IMG/VR virus record: IMGVR_UViG_3300045971_000674
Span: 109,230 to 131,025 of that record
Origin: a virus
Length of the DNA stretch: 21,796 bases
Direction: 5' to 3' (one strand)
A program made the position numbers and the translations under genes. Position 1 is the first letter of the stretch. Each line of letters starts with the position of its first letter. Positions 1-8,254 of this stretch are shown in pieces. Below the pieces are notes generated by a model. The model did not search any database. It was not told the DNA's origin and saw only the letters and a list, made by a program, of their open reading frames with translations.

Positions 1-1820
1 ATCGTGTTGATTGATCGTGTCAGGCCAGTACCGACTTGGATGTCCGCGGCGCTTGAGAACTGGACCCATGGAATGGCGGTAGTGCCTAGAGTACCACCTT
101 GGTTTGCAGTGCTTATCCAAGCGGTGTCGGCTTGAGTACCATCTTCGATGAACACGAAAGCGGATGGGACTTCAGCCCATGCGTCGAAGTCGGCTGCTCG
201 GGTCCAAGCACTTGCTGATGCAAGATACACGCCGTTCGTAGCCGGGGCGGTCTGATTCTTGACCAAAATTCGGTCGCCATCTACCGTCAGCACACCATCG
301 ATTGTCTGAAGACCAGACAGCGTGATATTGGCGGTGGTGCCGAGGCGTGCGGATTGCTTCGGTGCAATTCCCTGAACAGCAGCATCAACGTACTGCTTGG
401 TGGCCAACTGAAGTGGCAGCGTTGGGTTTGCAGCAACAGTGACAGATGCAAACGTAGGAGTCGATGCAGTGCCGATTGACTGTGGCAGCGACAAGGTGAT
501 TGAGCCAGTGGCTGCAGTGGCAATCACCTGGTTGGCAGTGCCAGTCACTGAGAGGACGCCAGTGTTCGAGATGGTGATCTGGCCACCAGTGAATGCAAGG
601 CCAATACCAGTACCATTGGCAAGTGTCTTGTACTCAAGGCCAGTTGCTGTGGTGTTTACACCGAGCAGTTGATTTGCTGCGCCAATCGATGAACGGCCCG
701 TGCCGCCAAACTGGGTGCCAACAATGTCGCCCTGCCAGGTGCCAGTGCCAATCAAGCCAAGTGTCGTGATCGATGTTTGGCCAACGTACGTTGAAGCGAT
801 GTCAAACACGGGATCAGCAAGGATGCCGTCACCGTTGGAAACAGAGAGACGATTCGTTGTGCCTGTCAGAGTTCTCGTCGTCCACGTATCGGTTGCGGTC
901 CGTGCCGAGAAGCCCAACGTGAGCAAGCCCTCAACACCAGCCAGATCGTTGGCAAGTGCAAAGGTCAACGTACCGCTCGTTGTGATTGGTCCACCAGAGA
1001 CCGTGAGGCCTGAGGCAGGTTGTGCTGTAGCGATGGAGGTAACGGTGCCACCAGTAGAAGCTACCAGCGAAATCCACGCAACACCATTGTAGTACTCGAG
1101 CTGCGTTGTCGTGCTATTGAATCGAATTGTCGCGATGGTTGCGATTCGCTGCGCCGTAGTGCCAGTTGGAATGATCACGCCCTGGGTACCAGGGAATGTC
1201 AGTGCAGTAGCAGGGAACGAGAACGTTGGGTTGCCTGCAACGCCAGTGCCGTTCGTGATTGTGATCTGGTTGGCACTGCCAGTGAGAGTGCGGTTCGCGT
1301 AGGTGGTTGCGGTGATCTGCGTGAGCATGCCAGTCGTTGCGAGTGCAGCAACGGCAGTGAGGCGCGCATTCAGTGGCTGTGCGTCAGTGATGCCGTATCC
1401 AACCAACGTCGTTGGATTGGTGCCAGCGGTGACTTGGCCGTAGTTGTTCGTCGTGACTGACTTGTAGGTACCAGCCGTTCCAACAGTAGTCAGACCGAGA
1501 ACAATGTTCTCGTTGGCACCTGCATTCTGGGTGGTCTTTGTGAGAGTGCCATCAACTAGTAGTTTGGCATTGAGGTAGCCTGAGGTCGTATCAGTTGCAG
1601 AGACCTTGACAGCTTCGCCAACGCCCTGAGCAAAGCTCAACCAGTTAGTATCAAGTGGGCCAACTTTCTGGTAAAGTGAGCCATTGCTACGGATGAACAA
1701 GGAGCCGATGGGCGCTGCTTCGCCGACAGTGCTGGGATCTGTGACGCCAGCAAAGATACCAACGAGGTCGTCGAGGTTGATGCCACTTTCTGGCTGGAAT
1801 GCTTCGTTGATATTTGCCAC
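1..1820 (-). CDS. Tail fibre / virion fibre protein, 3' end runs out of the window (absent from the ORF track)
   Basis: GTG start at 1820 (MANINEAFQPESGINLDDLVG...); segments translated by hand at both ends and internally are in the same frame. G/T/S-rich, with phage fibre motifs IPTGTTAQR...IRFN...LEYYNGVAW and TANITLSGLQTIDGV...GDRILVKNQT...NGVY...WTRAAD...FVFIEDGT...WVQFS. Confidence 0.85.
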   Translation of the reverse strand, partial: MANINEAFQPESGINLDDLVGIFAGVTDPSTVGEAAPIGSLFIRSNGSLYQKVGPLDTNWLSFAQGVGEAVKVSATDTTSGYLNAKLLVDGTLTKTTQNAGANENIVLGLTTVGTAGTYKSVTTNNYGQVTAGTNPTTLVGYGITDAQPLNARLTAVAALATTGMLTQITATTYANRTLTGSANQITITNGTGVAGNPTFSFPATALTFPGTQGVIIPTGTTAQRIATIATIRFNSTTTQLEYYNGVAWISLVASTGGTVTSIATAQPASGLTVSGGPITTSGTLTFALANDLAGVEGLLTLGFSARTATDTWTTRTLTGTTNRLSVSNGDGILADPVFDIASTYVGQTSITTLGLIGTGTWQGDIVGTQFGGTGRSSIGAANQLLGVNTTATGLEYKTLANGTGIGLAFTGGQITISNTGVLSVTGTANQVIATAATGSITLSLPQSIGTASTPTFASVTVAANPTLPLQLATKQYVDAAVQGIAPKQSARLGTTANITLSGLQTIDGVLTVDGDRILVKNQTAPATNGVYLASASAWTRAADFDAWAEVPSAFVFIEDGTQADTAWISTANQGGTLGTTAIPWVQFSSAADIQVGTGLTRSINT

Positions 1821-1845
1821 GTGGTGCTCGCCTAAGAGGATAGCC

Positions 1846-1851
1846 TATTTA
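1846..1851 (-). promoter_or_regulatory. TAAATA late-promoter-like motif upstream of the tail fibre gene
   Basis: Minus strand reads cgaTAAATAgg, 25 nt before the GTG. The same motif recurs upstream of four other left-block genes and matches the core of the T4 late promoter TATAAATA. Confidence 0.7.
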
Positions 1852-1865
1852 TCGCCGGAAAGCAA

Positions 1866-1889
1866 GACGGGCTCCCGAAGGAGCCCGTC
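1866..1889 (-). terminator. Rho-independent terminator with C(UUCG)G tetraloop
   Basis: Minus strand GACGGGCTCC-TTCG-GGAGCCCGTC followed by TTGCTTT, just downstream of the 1912..3312 stop codon. Confidence 0.85.
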
Positions 1890-1911
1890 AAAGTCAGAGC
1901 GAGAAGCCTGA

Positions 1912-3312
1912 TTACATGATCACGGAAGCGCGACGTACTTCAACGTCGACAGCGCCGGTCGAAGCGACCTTGAGCTGGAGGGCACCAGCGGCGAGGTCAG
2001 CAGTCACGACCAAACCTGGGATCGATGCGCCAAGCTTGAGGGTGGCGTAACGGGTGAAGTCAGAAGACGTGCCGTCTGTGACAGCGTAGACTTCGGTAGC
2101 GTACACGCGGGTTGGGTCAGACACGAGCGAAGCGCGCACGAACCACTTGGCAGCCAGAGCACCAGCAACAGAGTCGATCACTTGGACAGACGTGACGTTG
2201 GTAACAGAGACTTGCTTGGTGACGGCGGTCAGGGCGGTGTCAAGAGCTTGAACGTTTGTGTTCGTGCTGTTGGCTGCCAGGATGTAGCCACCGTTGGCAA
2301 CTGCTGCGCCGAGAGCTGAGTCAAGAGCTTGGATGTTCTGTTGGACCTTGACGGTGCCGAGAACGAAGTTGCCATTGACGAGGTTCGGACCGATTGCTGT
2401 GTCGAGAGCAGTAACAGCACCGGAAACCGTCTGGTTCAGGGTGATGTAGTTGCCAGCTGCGAAGTTGACACCGAGGTGGGTGTCAAGAGCTTGCAGGTTG
2501 CCATTGATCTTGTTGGCTGGGGAGATCCAACCACCAGCGGTAACGTTCGCGCCGATCTCGGTGTCGAGAGCTTGGATGTTGGCGTTGATCTTGAACGATG
2601 GATCGATGAAGTTGCCAAGAGCAACGTTGGCACCGATTTCAAGGTCAAGAGCGGAAACAGCCGATTCAAGCGATGACAGAGCCGAGACGAAGTTCGTCGA
2701 GGTGTAAGCTGGCATTTCCGAACCAGCAGCGTCCTTGCCGATGAAGGCGCGGATGAAGCCAAGTTCGTCGAGTGATGATTGGTCAGATTGGACCCATGCA
2801 GAACCGTTGAAGATGTACGTCTTGCCAGCGGAGGTGCCGCCCTGAACGAAGACTGCATCGCCGCTGGATTCAGCGTTGATGTCTTCTACGAAGGTGCCAG
2901 TTGCCTGGTTGTAAACGTAGATGTTCTTGCCATTGCCGCCTGCGATGGCAGAGAAGAGAACGCGGCCGCCGTCGAGAACGGATACGCCGTCAACGATGAC
3001 TGCTGCTGTTGGGGTGCCAACTGGGAGGGTCGTTGCAACGTTCTCGCGAACAGCTACAGGTTCACGCCAGGAAACGGTAGCGCCGAGGGCGTTGTTGACA
3101 TAGGCTTCGGAAGCGAGCTTCTGCCACTTGTCAGCGCCGGTGCCGCTTGCGAGCTTCGTGTAGATGGAACCAGTTACATTGTCGGTGTAGACGGAACCAA
3201 CGAGGGCGGCAGCGGTATCACCACCAAGACCTGGGACGCCAGAGCCTTGCAGATACTGGACGAGTTCGTCGAGCTCAAGGCCACGTTCAATGCGGAAGAA
3301 GTCGAGTGACAT
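1912..3312 (-). CDS. Virion structural / fibre-like protein with six 27-aa repeats
   Basis: 466 aa, GGAGA RBS, TAAATA upstream. Contains a DGVSVLDGGRVLF...IYVY fibre-type module and ALD-core repeats; its N-terminus resembles that of the downstream fibre protein. Confidence 0.75.
   Translation of the reverse strand: MSLDFFRIERGLELDELVQYLQGSGVPGLGGDTAAALVGSVYTDNVTGSIYTKLASGTGADKWQKLASEAYVNNALGATVSWREPVAVRENVATTLPVGTPTAAVIVDGVSVLDGGRVLFSAIAGGNGKNIYVYNQATGTFVEDINAESSGDAVFVQGGTSAGKTYIFNGSAWVQSDQSSLDELGFIRAFIGKDAAGSEMPAYTSTNFVSALSSLESAVSALDLEIGANVALGNFIDPSFKINANIQALDTEIGANVTAGGWISPANKINGNLQALDTHLGVNFAAGNYITLNQTVSGAVTALDTAIGPNLVNGNFVLGTVKVQQNIQALDSALGAAVANGGYILAANSTNTNVQALDTALTAVTKQVSVTNVTSVQVIDSVAGALAAKWFVRASLVSDPTRVYATEVYAVTDGTSSDFTRYATLKLGASIPGLVVTADLAAGALQLKVASTGAVDVEVRRASVIM
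2209..2694 (-). repeat. Six tandem 81-nt (27-aa) coding repeats
   Basis: gtc(a/g)agagc recurs at 2239, 2320, 2401, 2482, 2563 and 2644, an exact 81-nt period. Example unit: NFIDPSFKINANIQALDTEIGANVTAG. Confidence 0.9.
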
Positions 3313-3358
3313 AGTGTCTCCTGTGCTCTAAGAGCGTTGTTTATGCGGAAGATGCCGG

Positions 3359-3364
3359 TATTTA
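3359..3364 (-). promoter_or_regulatory. TAAATA late-promoter-like motif
   Basis: Minus strand caaTAAATAcc in the intergenic gap upstream of 1912..3312. Confidence 0.7.
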
Positions 3365-3372
3365 TTGAAAGG

Positions 3373-4239
3373 TCAGGGCAGGTGCTGAATTCTAGTGCAC
3401 ATCACTTCAACAGGCACAGGCTCGAGGTTTGTCCAAACAAGATCCAATTGCTTGGTCGTCTTATTTAGAATGATGTCGACAGAGCCAGCAAAGTTGAATC
3501 CGACACGGGCGGTGCGGTTGAAGCTAACAGTCTCCGCATTGCCTGCAATGTTGCCACTCACGTTACCAAGAACTTCAAAGGTAGACGATTGGTGGCCAAT
3601 TGGATTGTACAGCGTGACGAAGAACTTGAACCCGCGCTGGTACTGAGAATAGCCAGCGTTGGATGTAGATGTGGTTGCGGTGTTGAGGACCGTGATCGGT
3701 GTCAGGGTGTTTGCACCTTGAATGACCGTGGCACTGCTAGACCCGCCTTGAATGTCGATCGTCTTGGTGGAGCCTGCTCCAACTACTGTGACACCTAGAC
3801 CGGTGAAGTTCAGCGTGGTGGCTTCAGCACCAACAGCAACGCCTTCCTTCTGCACACCGATACCAGTGATACCACCGGGTGGTACGACTGGTGCTTCAGG
3901 CAGAAGCATTGCCTGACGCATCGTCTCAGCAGTAACGCGGTGATCAACGAGAGTGTCGTTGCCAATGGAGGCACTCCACGCCAGGGCTGGTGTACCTTCT
4001 CGGCCGCGAGTAAGGTTGGTGAAAGTATCTCCGTATCGAGCACCGACACGAATGATCTCACGAACAGATGCCGCTTGGTTTTCTAGGGTGATAAGGAAGA
4101 AGTCAGCGCCGTTGTTTGTCGGCTGCGGAAACATCGCACCATGCCCAGCCATGACGGTGAGCATGATATCACTTGCACCGATTGGCGCAGCCAGCAACGA
4201 GACTGCATTGTTGGCAAAGAGTTGTGTTGGCCCTGCCAT
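3373..4239 (-). CDS. Virion structural protein (tail-fibre-type N-terminal anchor domain)
   Basis: N-terminus FANNAVSLL...FP...EIIRV.AR.GDTFT.LTRGREGT.A.AW...VDHRVTA is a pattern typical of phage tail-fibre/tailspike N-termini; the remainder is G/T-rich. Confidence 0.7.
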   Translation of the reverse strand: MAGPTQLFANNAVSLLAAPIGASDIMLTVMAGHGAMFPQPTNNGADFFLITLENQAASVREIIRVGARYGDTFTNLTRGREGTPALAWSASIGNDTLVDHRVTAETMRQAMLLPEAPVVPPGGITGIGVQKEGVAVGAEATTLNFTGLGVTVVGAGSTKTIDIQGGSSSATVIQGANTLTPITVLNTATTSTSNAGYSQYQRGFKFFVTLYNPIGHQSSTFEVLGNVSGNIAGNAETVSFNRTARVGFNFAGSVDIILNKTTKQLDLVWTNLEPVPVEVMCTRIQHLP

Positions 4240-4243
4240 TGGA

Positions 4244-4456
4244 TCAGCCCTTTACCTTGCCACCGACCGCCTCAACAAGAGTGACGATAGATGCCTTCTG
4301 CTTGTCCTTGAGCTTTGAGAACTGCTCCTCAAACGTCTTGACGGTTTTCACAGGCACGAGAACCTTCAGCTGCTCAATGCCATGCTGAATGGTATAGGTC
4401 TGATATGCTTGCTTGCCCTGAATGGCTTCTAGCTGATTGATGAAGGAGCTCATCAA
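4244..4456 (-). CDS. Hypothetical protein (70 aa)
   Basis: Start overlaps the upstream stop codon; fills the gap between neighbouring genes. Confidence 0.7.
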   Translation of the reverse strand: MMSSFINQLEAIQGKQAYQTYTIQHGIEQLKVLVPVKTVKTFEEQFSKLKDKQKASIVTLVEAVGGKVKG

Positions 4457-4944
4457 GATCCCTTGTAGTCTTTGTAGTACGACAAGAACTTGTCACGCGA
4501 GAACATGTCATTGCCGATATCACGCTCGAGATCTACGATCTGCGTGAGACGAACTTCCAGCTTCTCTTCGCTGTCCTTCTCATTGCCAATGACAAGCAGG
4601 CCCTTGGCGAGTTCATCGCGCTTATGCAGCTTGAGCCCAGTGACAGTGATAACGCGGTTACCGTCCTTGAGTTTGGCTGTGAGAGTGTCATTGAGCTGTG
4701 GCAACTGCCACTTACGCTTCAGCTCGCCAGTCGTCTTGAAGACTTTGGCGCCCGTTACGAACTCGACAGTCTTGCCGTTGATCTTGCTGATGTCGAAGAA
4801 GTAGACAGCGTCAGATGGAACGCCGGCTGTATGCTCCACATAGACAGCAGGGCCCTTGGGCCGGTAGTTGCTGAACGACAACACGGTGAACGTGACACCG
4901 TCTTTCGTTTCGATTTTGTCACCTTTGAGGGGTACCGCGAACAT
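4453..4944 (-). CDS. Hypothetical protein (163 aa)
   Basis: AGGA RBS and TAAATA upstream; natural globular composition. Confidence 0.8.
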   Translation of the reverse strand: MFAVPLKGDKIETKDGVTFTVLSFSNYRPKGPAVYVEHTAGVPSDAVYFFDISKINGKTVEFVTGAKVFKTTGELKRKWQLPQLNDTLTAKLKDGNRVITVTGLKLHKRDELAKGLLVIGNEKDSEEKLEVRLTQIVDLERDIGNDMFSRDKFLSYYKDYKGS

Positions 4945-4965
4945 GGCTGCTTCCTGTAGTAGCTC

Positions 4966-4971
4966 TATTTA
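4966..4971 (-). promoter_or_regulatory. TAAATA late-promoter-like motif
   Basis: Minus strand ggaTAAATAga in the intergenic gap, 21 nt before the ATG at 4944. Confidence 0.7.
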
Positions 4972-4990
4972 TCCCAGAAGGGATGGGTTG

Positions 4991-5176
4991 TCAAACTACT
5001 TTGGAGTCATCTGTACCGAGGTCTACCTCGAGAAGGTCTTCTTCCAGCTCACGGACGTAGTTCTTGAAGCTCACCCGACGCAGGCGCGCATCACGATCCT
5101 TGTTCTCCGCGAATTTCCGACGTGGCGGCTTTGACTTGCGGTCGGCGTGCTTGTCGTAGATTTCGTCGTGTTTCAC
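4991..5176 (-). CDS. Small hypothetical protein, basic N-half and acidic C-half (61 aa)
   Basis: GTG start preceded by AGAGGAAG, with TAAATA upstream. Confidence 0.7.
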   Translation of the reverse strand: MKHDEIYDKHADRKSKPPRRKFAENKDRDARLRRVSFKNYVRELEEDLLEVDLGTDDSKVV

Positions 5177-5223
5177 TCAATTCTTCCTCTGTTTCCTCAG
5201 ACTTGCGGCTCTGAGTAGACCAG

Positions 5224-5229
5224 TATTTA
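5224..5229 (-). promoter_or_regulatory. TAAATA late-promoter-like motif overlapping the TAA stop of 5227..6936
   Basis: Minus strand gacTAAATAct. Confidence 0.6.
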
Positions 5230-6936
5230 GTCCTTCAGGGCGTCAAGCTTACGTTTGACTTCCCACAGGTCACTCAGTAGGTCGGCATTCCGTTCGGCCG
5301 TTCGGATTGTATCTGCGATCAGGTGTGCGGCAGCCTGTCGATTCTCAGGAACAGGTTCACCGATGAACTCACAGAAAGCAGGAATGATCTTGTTGATCTG
5401 ATCTTGTTGGACTTTACCAGAGGCGCGGTGGGCATCTTTGATTCGTGGTAGACCGGCCATACTAGCAATGTCGTTAATCTTGTTGCTCGTGTTCCAATCT
5501 GTGTATCGGACTGGGCTGACCATTGGGCCTACTGCTTCGCGAGCAGAGAATGATGTGGTACCGTCCCATAGCTCTTGGCCAGTTAACTCATGCCGCGGAA
5601 CATACTTCTTGCGGCCCTTGCTGGCAGAATACCGTTCGTCTGGCATGGTCGGGTGTGGCTTGGTATTGGCCATGAACTCGTGCAGTTCCTTGGCAACCAA
5701 AGCCGCCTTGCCGTATTCGGGATCGGCAGCAAGGGAGTTCATCTGGCTCTCAGGCACATCCTTGATGAACTTGTTGTAGAATTCGCGGAGGACGTCATAG
5801 GCCTTGGTGATCTTAGCAGTCGCTTCTGGCTTGATCAACTCTAGGAAGCTGGCCTTACGAGCTGGGGAATCACCACCACGATCCATGCTCGTGAACTCTG
5901 GATCTGGGTACGGGAGCTTGAAAATCCGGGCGAACATCATCAGACTATCAGCAACCTCAGTTGGTGCGTCGGCTGGCTTCTCATTTGGATCCACCTCACC
6001 TTCAGGTGTCCACTTGTGGACAATGCGACTAGTGTACTTGCCAGCCTTGAGCACCACCACTGCTGGATCATGCTTGACCTTTGGCCCAAGCATGTCGGTG
6101 TCGACGACAATGTCAGACGGCTTGGCAAGCACGGAGATGACAAAGCCCAGTTCACCCTTGATCTTCGGGTTCTTCTGCTCCCAGCTGTTGTCAGAGAATG
6201 CATCTCGCTGCGCTTGTTCCTTGCTGCGGGTCCAGATGGTGGCGAATGCATTGTCGATATCAACGACGCGCTTGCCTTGGCGAACGGATCGCAGGAACTT
6301 CAGGCCTTCACCAACTTCCATAGTGCCGTAGCCAGTGTCCTTCTCCTTGAGGCTACTCTCGTAGAAGGCTAGACCCTTGTAGAGGCGCACCGGCCCTTCT
6401 GGTCGGACTGCTGGAAAGGTCAGCAACTCACGAACTGCATGGTAGCTGAGATCACCGCGGTAGCCCTTGGCACCGCTCAACCACTGCCACAGGGTGCTCA
6501 TAGTGTCACCCGTGATCGTGAGGTTGGTAACTGATGTCACGTCCCGGAAAAGGTTGCTGACGAACTCCTGGATGTCAACAACGCCTTGTTGAGTGAGGTG
6601 GTCAGGCAGAATCTTTCGGATGGAACTTAGGTCCCAAGCACCTAGACGCTGCGATCCTGGGCTGCGGCTACCAGCCACACCTGGGCGGGGTGGTGTGGCT
6701 GTCCGGTTTCCGATCGACCCAACGAATGCCAGCACGTTGCGATTGTTCAACAGATGGTAGCGCAGCGTCTTGACGAACTCGACAGGATCCTTGATCTCGT
6801 CAAGCTGTAGGTTCTTGGTAAAGACTTGCTTGACGCGCGGATCCTTCTGCAGAACCTTCTTCAGGTCTGCAAGGGAGACGTCAGATGCTTCATTGAGCTG
6901 AGCGATGAGCTGCATTGGGGAGGATGGAGATGCCAT
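5227..6936 (-). CDS. Putative internal head protein with a degenerate ADP-ribosyltransferase-like domain
   Basis: The 569-aa ORF is solid; its function is inferred. N-terminal QLNEA resembles a prohead-protease cleavage site, and RLYKGLAF...TIWT..KEQA...F...GFVISV...DIVVD follows the R-S-E ART strand order but has no clear ExE. Confidence 0.45.
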   Translation of the reverse strand: MASPSSPMQLIAQLNEASDVSLADLKKVLQKDPRVKQVFTKNLQLDEIKDPVEFVKTLRYHLLNNRNVLAFVGSIGNRTATPPRPGVAGSRSPGSQRLGAWDLSSIRKILPDHLTQQGVVDIQEFVSNLFRDVTSVTNLTITGDTMSTLWQWLSGAKGYRGDLSYHAVRELLTFPAVRPEGPVRLYKGLAFYESSLKEKDTGYGTMEVGEGLKFLRSVRQGKRVVDIDNAFATIWTRSKEQAQRDAFSDNSWEQKNPKIKGELGFVISVLAKPSDIVVDTDMLGPKVKHDPAVVVLKAGKYTSRIVHKWTPEGEVDPNEKPADAPTEVADSLMMFARIFKLPYPDPEFTSMDRGGDSPARKASFLELIKPEATAKITKAYDVLREFYNKFIKDVPESQMNSLAADPEYGKAALVAKELHEFMANTKPHPTMPDERYSASKGRKKYVPRHELTGQELWDGTTSFSAREAVGPMVSPVRYTDWNTSNKINDIASMAGLPRIKDAHRASGKVQQDQINKIIPAFCEFIGEPVPENRQAAAHLIADTIRTAERNADLLSDLWEVKRKLDALKD

Positions 6937-6940
6937 CCCC

Positions 6941-6946
6941 TATTTA
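6941..6946 (-). promoter_or_regulatory. TAAATA late-promoter-like motif 4 nt before the ATG
   Basis: Minus strand acgTAAATAggggATG. Confidence 0.65.
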
Positions 6947-6949
6947 CGT

Positions 6950-7414
6950 CTACTTCAGGGTCCAGAGCGTGGTTTCAGGCCCAATACGGTGCTCAATGAG
7001 GGCTGCCACTACAGGCCAATGACCGCCACCAAGATCAGAACCGAGCAGCGGCTGATGAACATCTGCGCCAGTCGGATTGAAACCTGAGAAGTCCATCCAA
7101 TTCCTGACGGTTTGGAGCCCGTCATCGAGCGCATCGTAGGACGTGTAGCGCACCGGGTGGCGCCCTGCAAATCGTTGGCCGACAATGTTGACCACCCACA
7201 GACCAGGTTCCACTAACACCGGCAAGACCTTGCCCATGCGATCGATGTCTCGCTGGAAGGTACATGACCAGCGATGGAACTCGGTCTTGACGATTGGCCA
7301 CTTCTCGTAGACAGCCTTGGCGAAACCTGAGCCCATGGCATTCTGGGCATTCACCTGCTGGAGGATGATGCCCTGCTTGACGTGTTCAAGCAGGTTTCCG
7401 ACTTCATGCTTCAT
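6950..7414 (-). CDS. Macro domain protein (ADP-ribose / Appr-1''-p processing, phage Tk.4/Poa1p-like)
   Basis: GNLL...IILQQVNAQNAMGSGFAKAV.EKWP, VVNIVGQ, TSYDAL and PLLGSDLGGGHW motifs. Start reassigned to the ATG at 7414 (ATGA overlap with the upstream stop). Confidence 0.88.
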   Translation of the reverse strand: MKHEVGNLLEHVKQGIILQQVNAQNAMGSGFAKAVYEKWPIVKTEFHRWSCTFQRDIDRMGKVLPVLVEPGLWVVNIVGQRFAGRHPVRYTSYDALDDGLQTVRNWMDFSGFNPTGADVHQPLLGSDLGGGHWPVVAALIEHRIGPETTLWTLK

Positions 7415-7911
7415 GCGTCCGCCGGGCCGTAGGAGGCGTAGATCGAGGCCATCTCCATGGCACGAGCTGCAGTGATCCACACCTGCGCCTTGGCAATCTC
7501 GCGGGTATTGTGCAGCATGATGCGCTCGAGTTCGTCTGCCAGACCCATCCACTCGATGGTCATGTAGCGCACGATCAGCGGGTGCTCGACCTTGGAACTG
7601 AACTGCCATGCCCTGCACTTGTTGATGATCGCCATGGTCAGAACATCTGGATCTTGGGTGTATGGAATGCCGCCCATGATCTCGATGAGCCGCCCGTCTG
7701 TGACGGCAGCAGCAGCTCGCTTGTCGGCGATCAGTTTGGCCACATCCTTCTTGAAATGGTCATCACGATGGCACCTTGCGTACGTGAACCACAGCGTACT
7801 GTCTGCACCTTCTTCGAATCGCAAGCAGACACCACCGTTCGACAGTGTGTCGAACTCGAAGGTGCGATCGTTGAACTTGCGGGGTCTGATGTAGCGGTAG
7901 AAAGTTTTCAT
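7411..7911 (-). CDS. Hypothetical protein
   Basis: ATGA overlaps at both ends; start MKTFYRY at 7911. Confidence 0.75.
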   Translation of the reverse strand: MKTFYRYIRPRKFNDRTFEFDTLSNGGVCLRFEEGADSTLWFTYARCHRDDHFKKDVAKLIADKRAAAAVTDGRLIEIMGGIPYTQDPDVLTMAIINKCRAWQFSSKVEHPLIVRYMTIEWMGLADELERIMLHNTREIAKAQVWITAARAMEMASIYASYGPADA

Positions 7912-8252
7912 TTGGTTTCCCATGGGCGAACTACCTTGAGGATGTTCTTGAGTTCGAGCAGATCCGCCCGTGCCTGCTCGACGGCTTGTTCACAGGCCTT
8001 GCGTGCGCCCTTCTCGGCATTCGCTCGCGTCTTGTAGATGGTCTTGTTCATGCGTGAGATGCGAGGATTGACTGGAATGGGTCCGTACGCCGCCTTGAAC
8101 ACAGAGTGGGTTTTGTCATATTCCTCCACGGTTGTAACCGTAAAGTTGTTGTTGATGAGCCAACCCGTCTCAGGCAATGGGTCGCTATGCTCGCAAGTGC
8201 AGCGGAGATTACCGCACTTATCACACTGCATCTCGGCTGCGTAGTGACCCAT
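7908..8252 (-). CDS. Hypothetical protein with an N-terminal Cys cluster (CDKC-x4-CTC)
   Basis: 114 aa, 2 nt downstream of the thyA stop; possible zinc-binding site. Confidence 0.7.
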   Translation of the reverse strand: MGHYAAEMQCDKCGNLRCTCEHSDPLPETGWLINNNFTVTTVEEYDKTHSVFKAAYGPIPVNPRISRMNKTIYKTRANAEKGARKACEQAVEQARADLLELKNILKVVRPWETK

Positions 8253-8254
8253 GA

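Noticed and set aside
2239-2655. 81-nt periodic repeat as a possible CRISPR array
   Set aside because: It lies in frame within a CDS, the conserved core is only ~9 nt with synonymous variation, and no cas genes are present.
3462-3467. Additional TAAATA inside the 288-aa gene
   Set aside because: It lies in coding sequence and a better-placed copy exists at 3359; may be chance.
5196-5215. CTCAGA-N8-TCTGAG hairpin as a terminator
   Set aside because: Short stem with no U-tract on the coding strand; at most a 5' leader hairpin.
7415-7618. N-terminal extensions given by the ORF track (also 20267..20452, 18196..18219, 19690..19746, 20973..21098, 14927..15019)
   Set aside because: They overlap upstream genes or promoters; downstream ATGs with ATGA coupling, an RBS or a promoter fit better.
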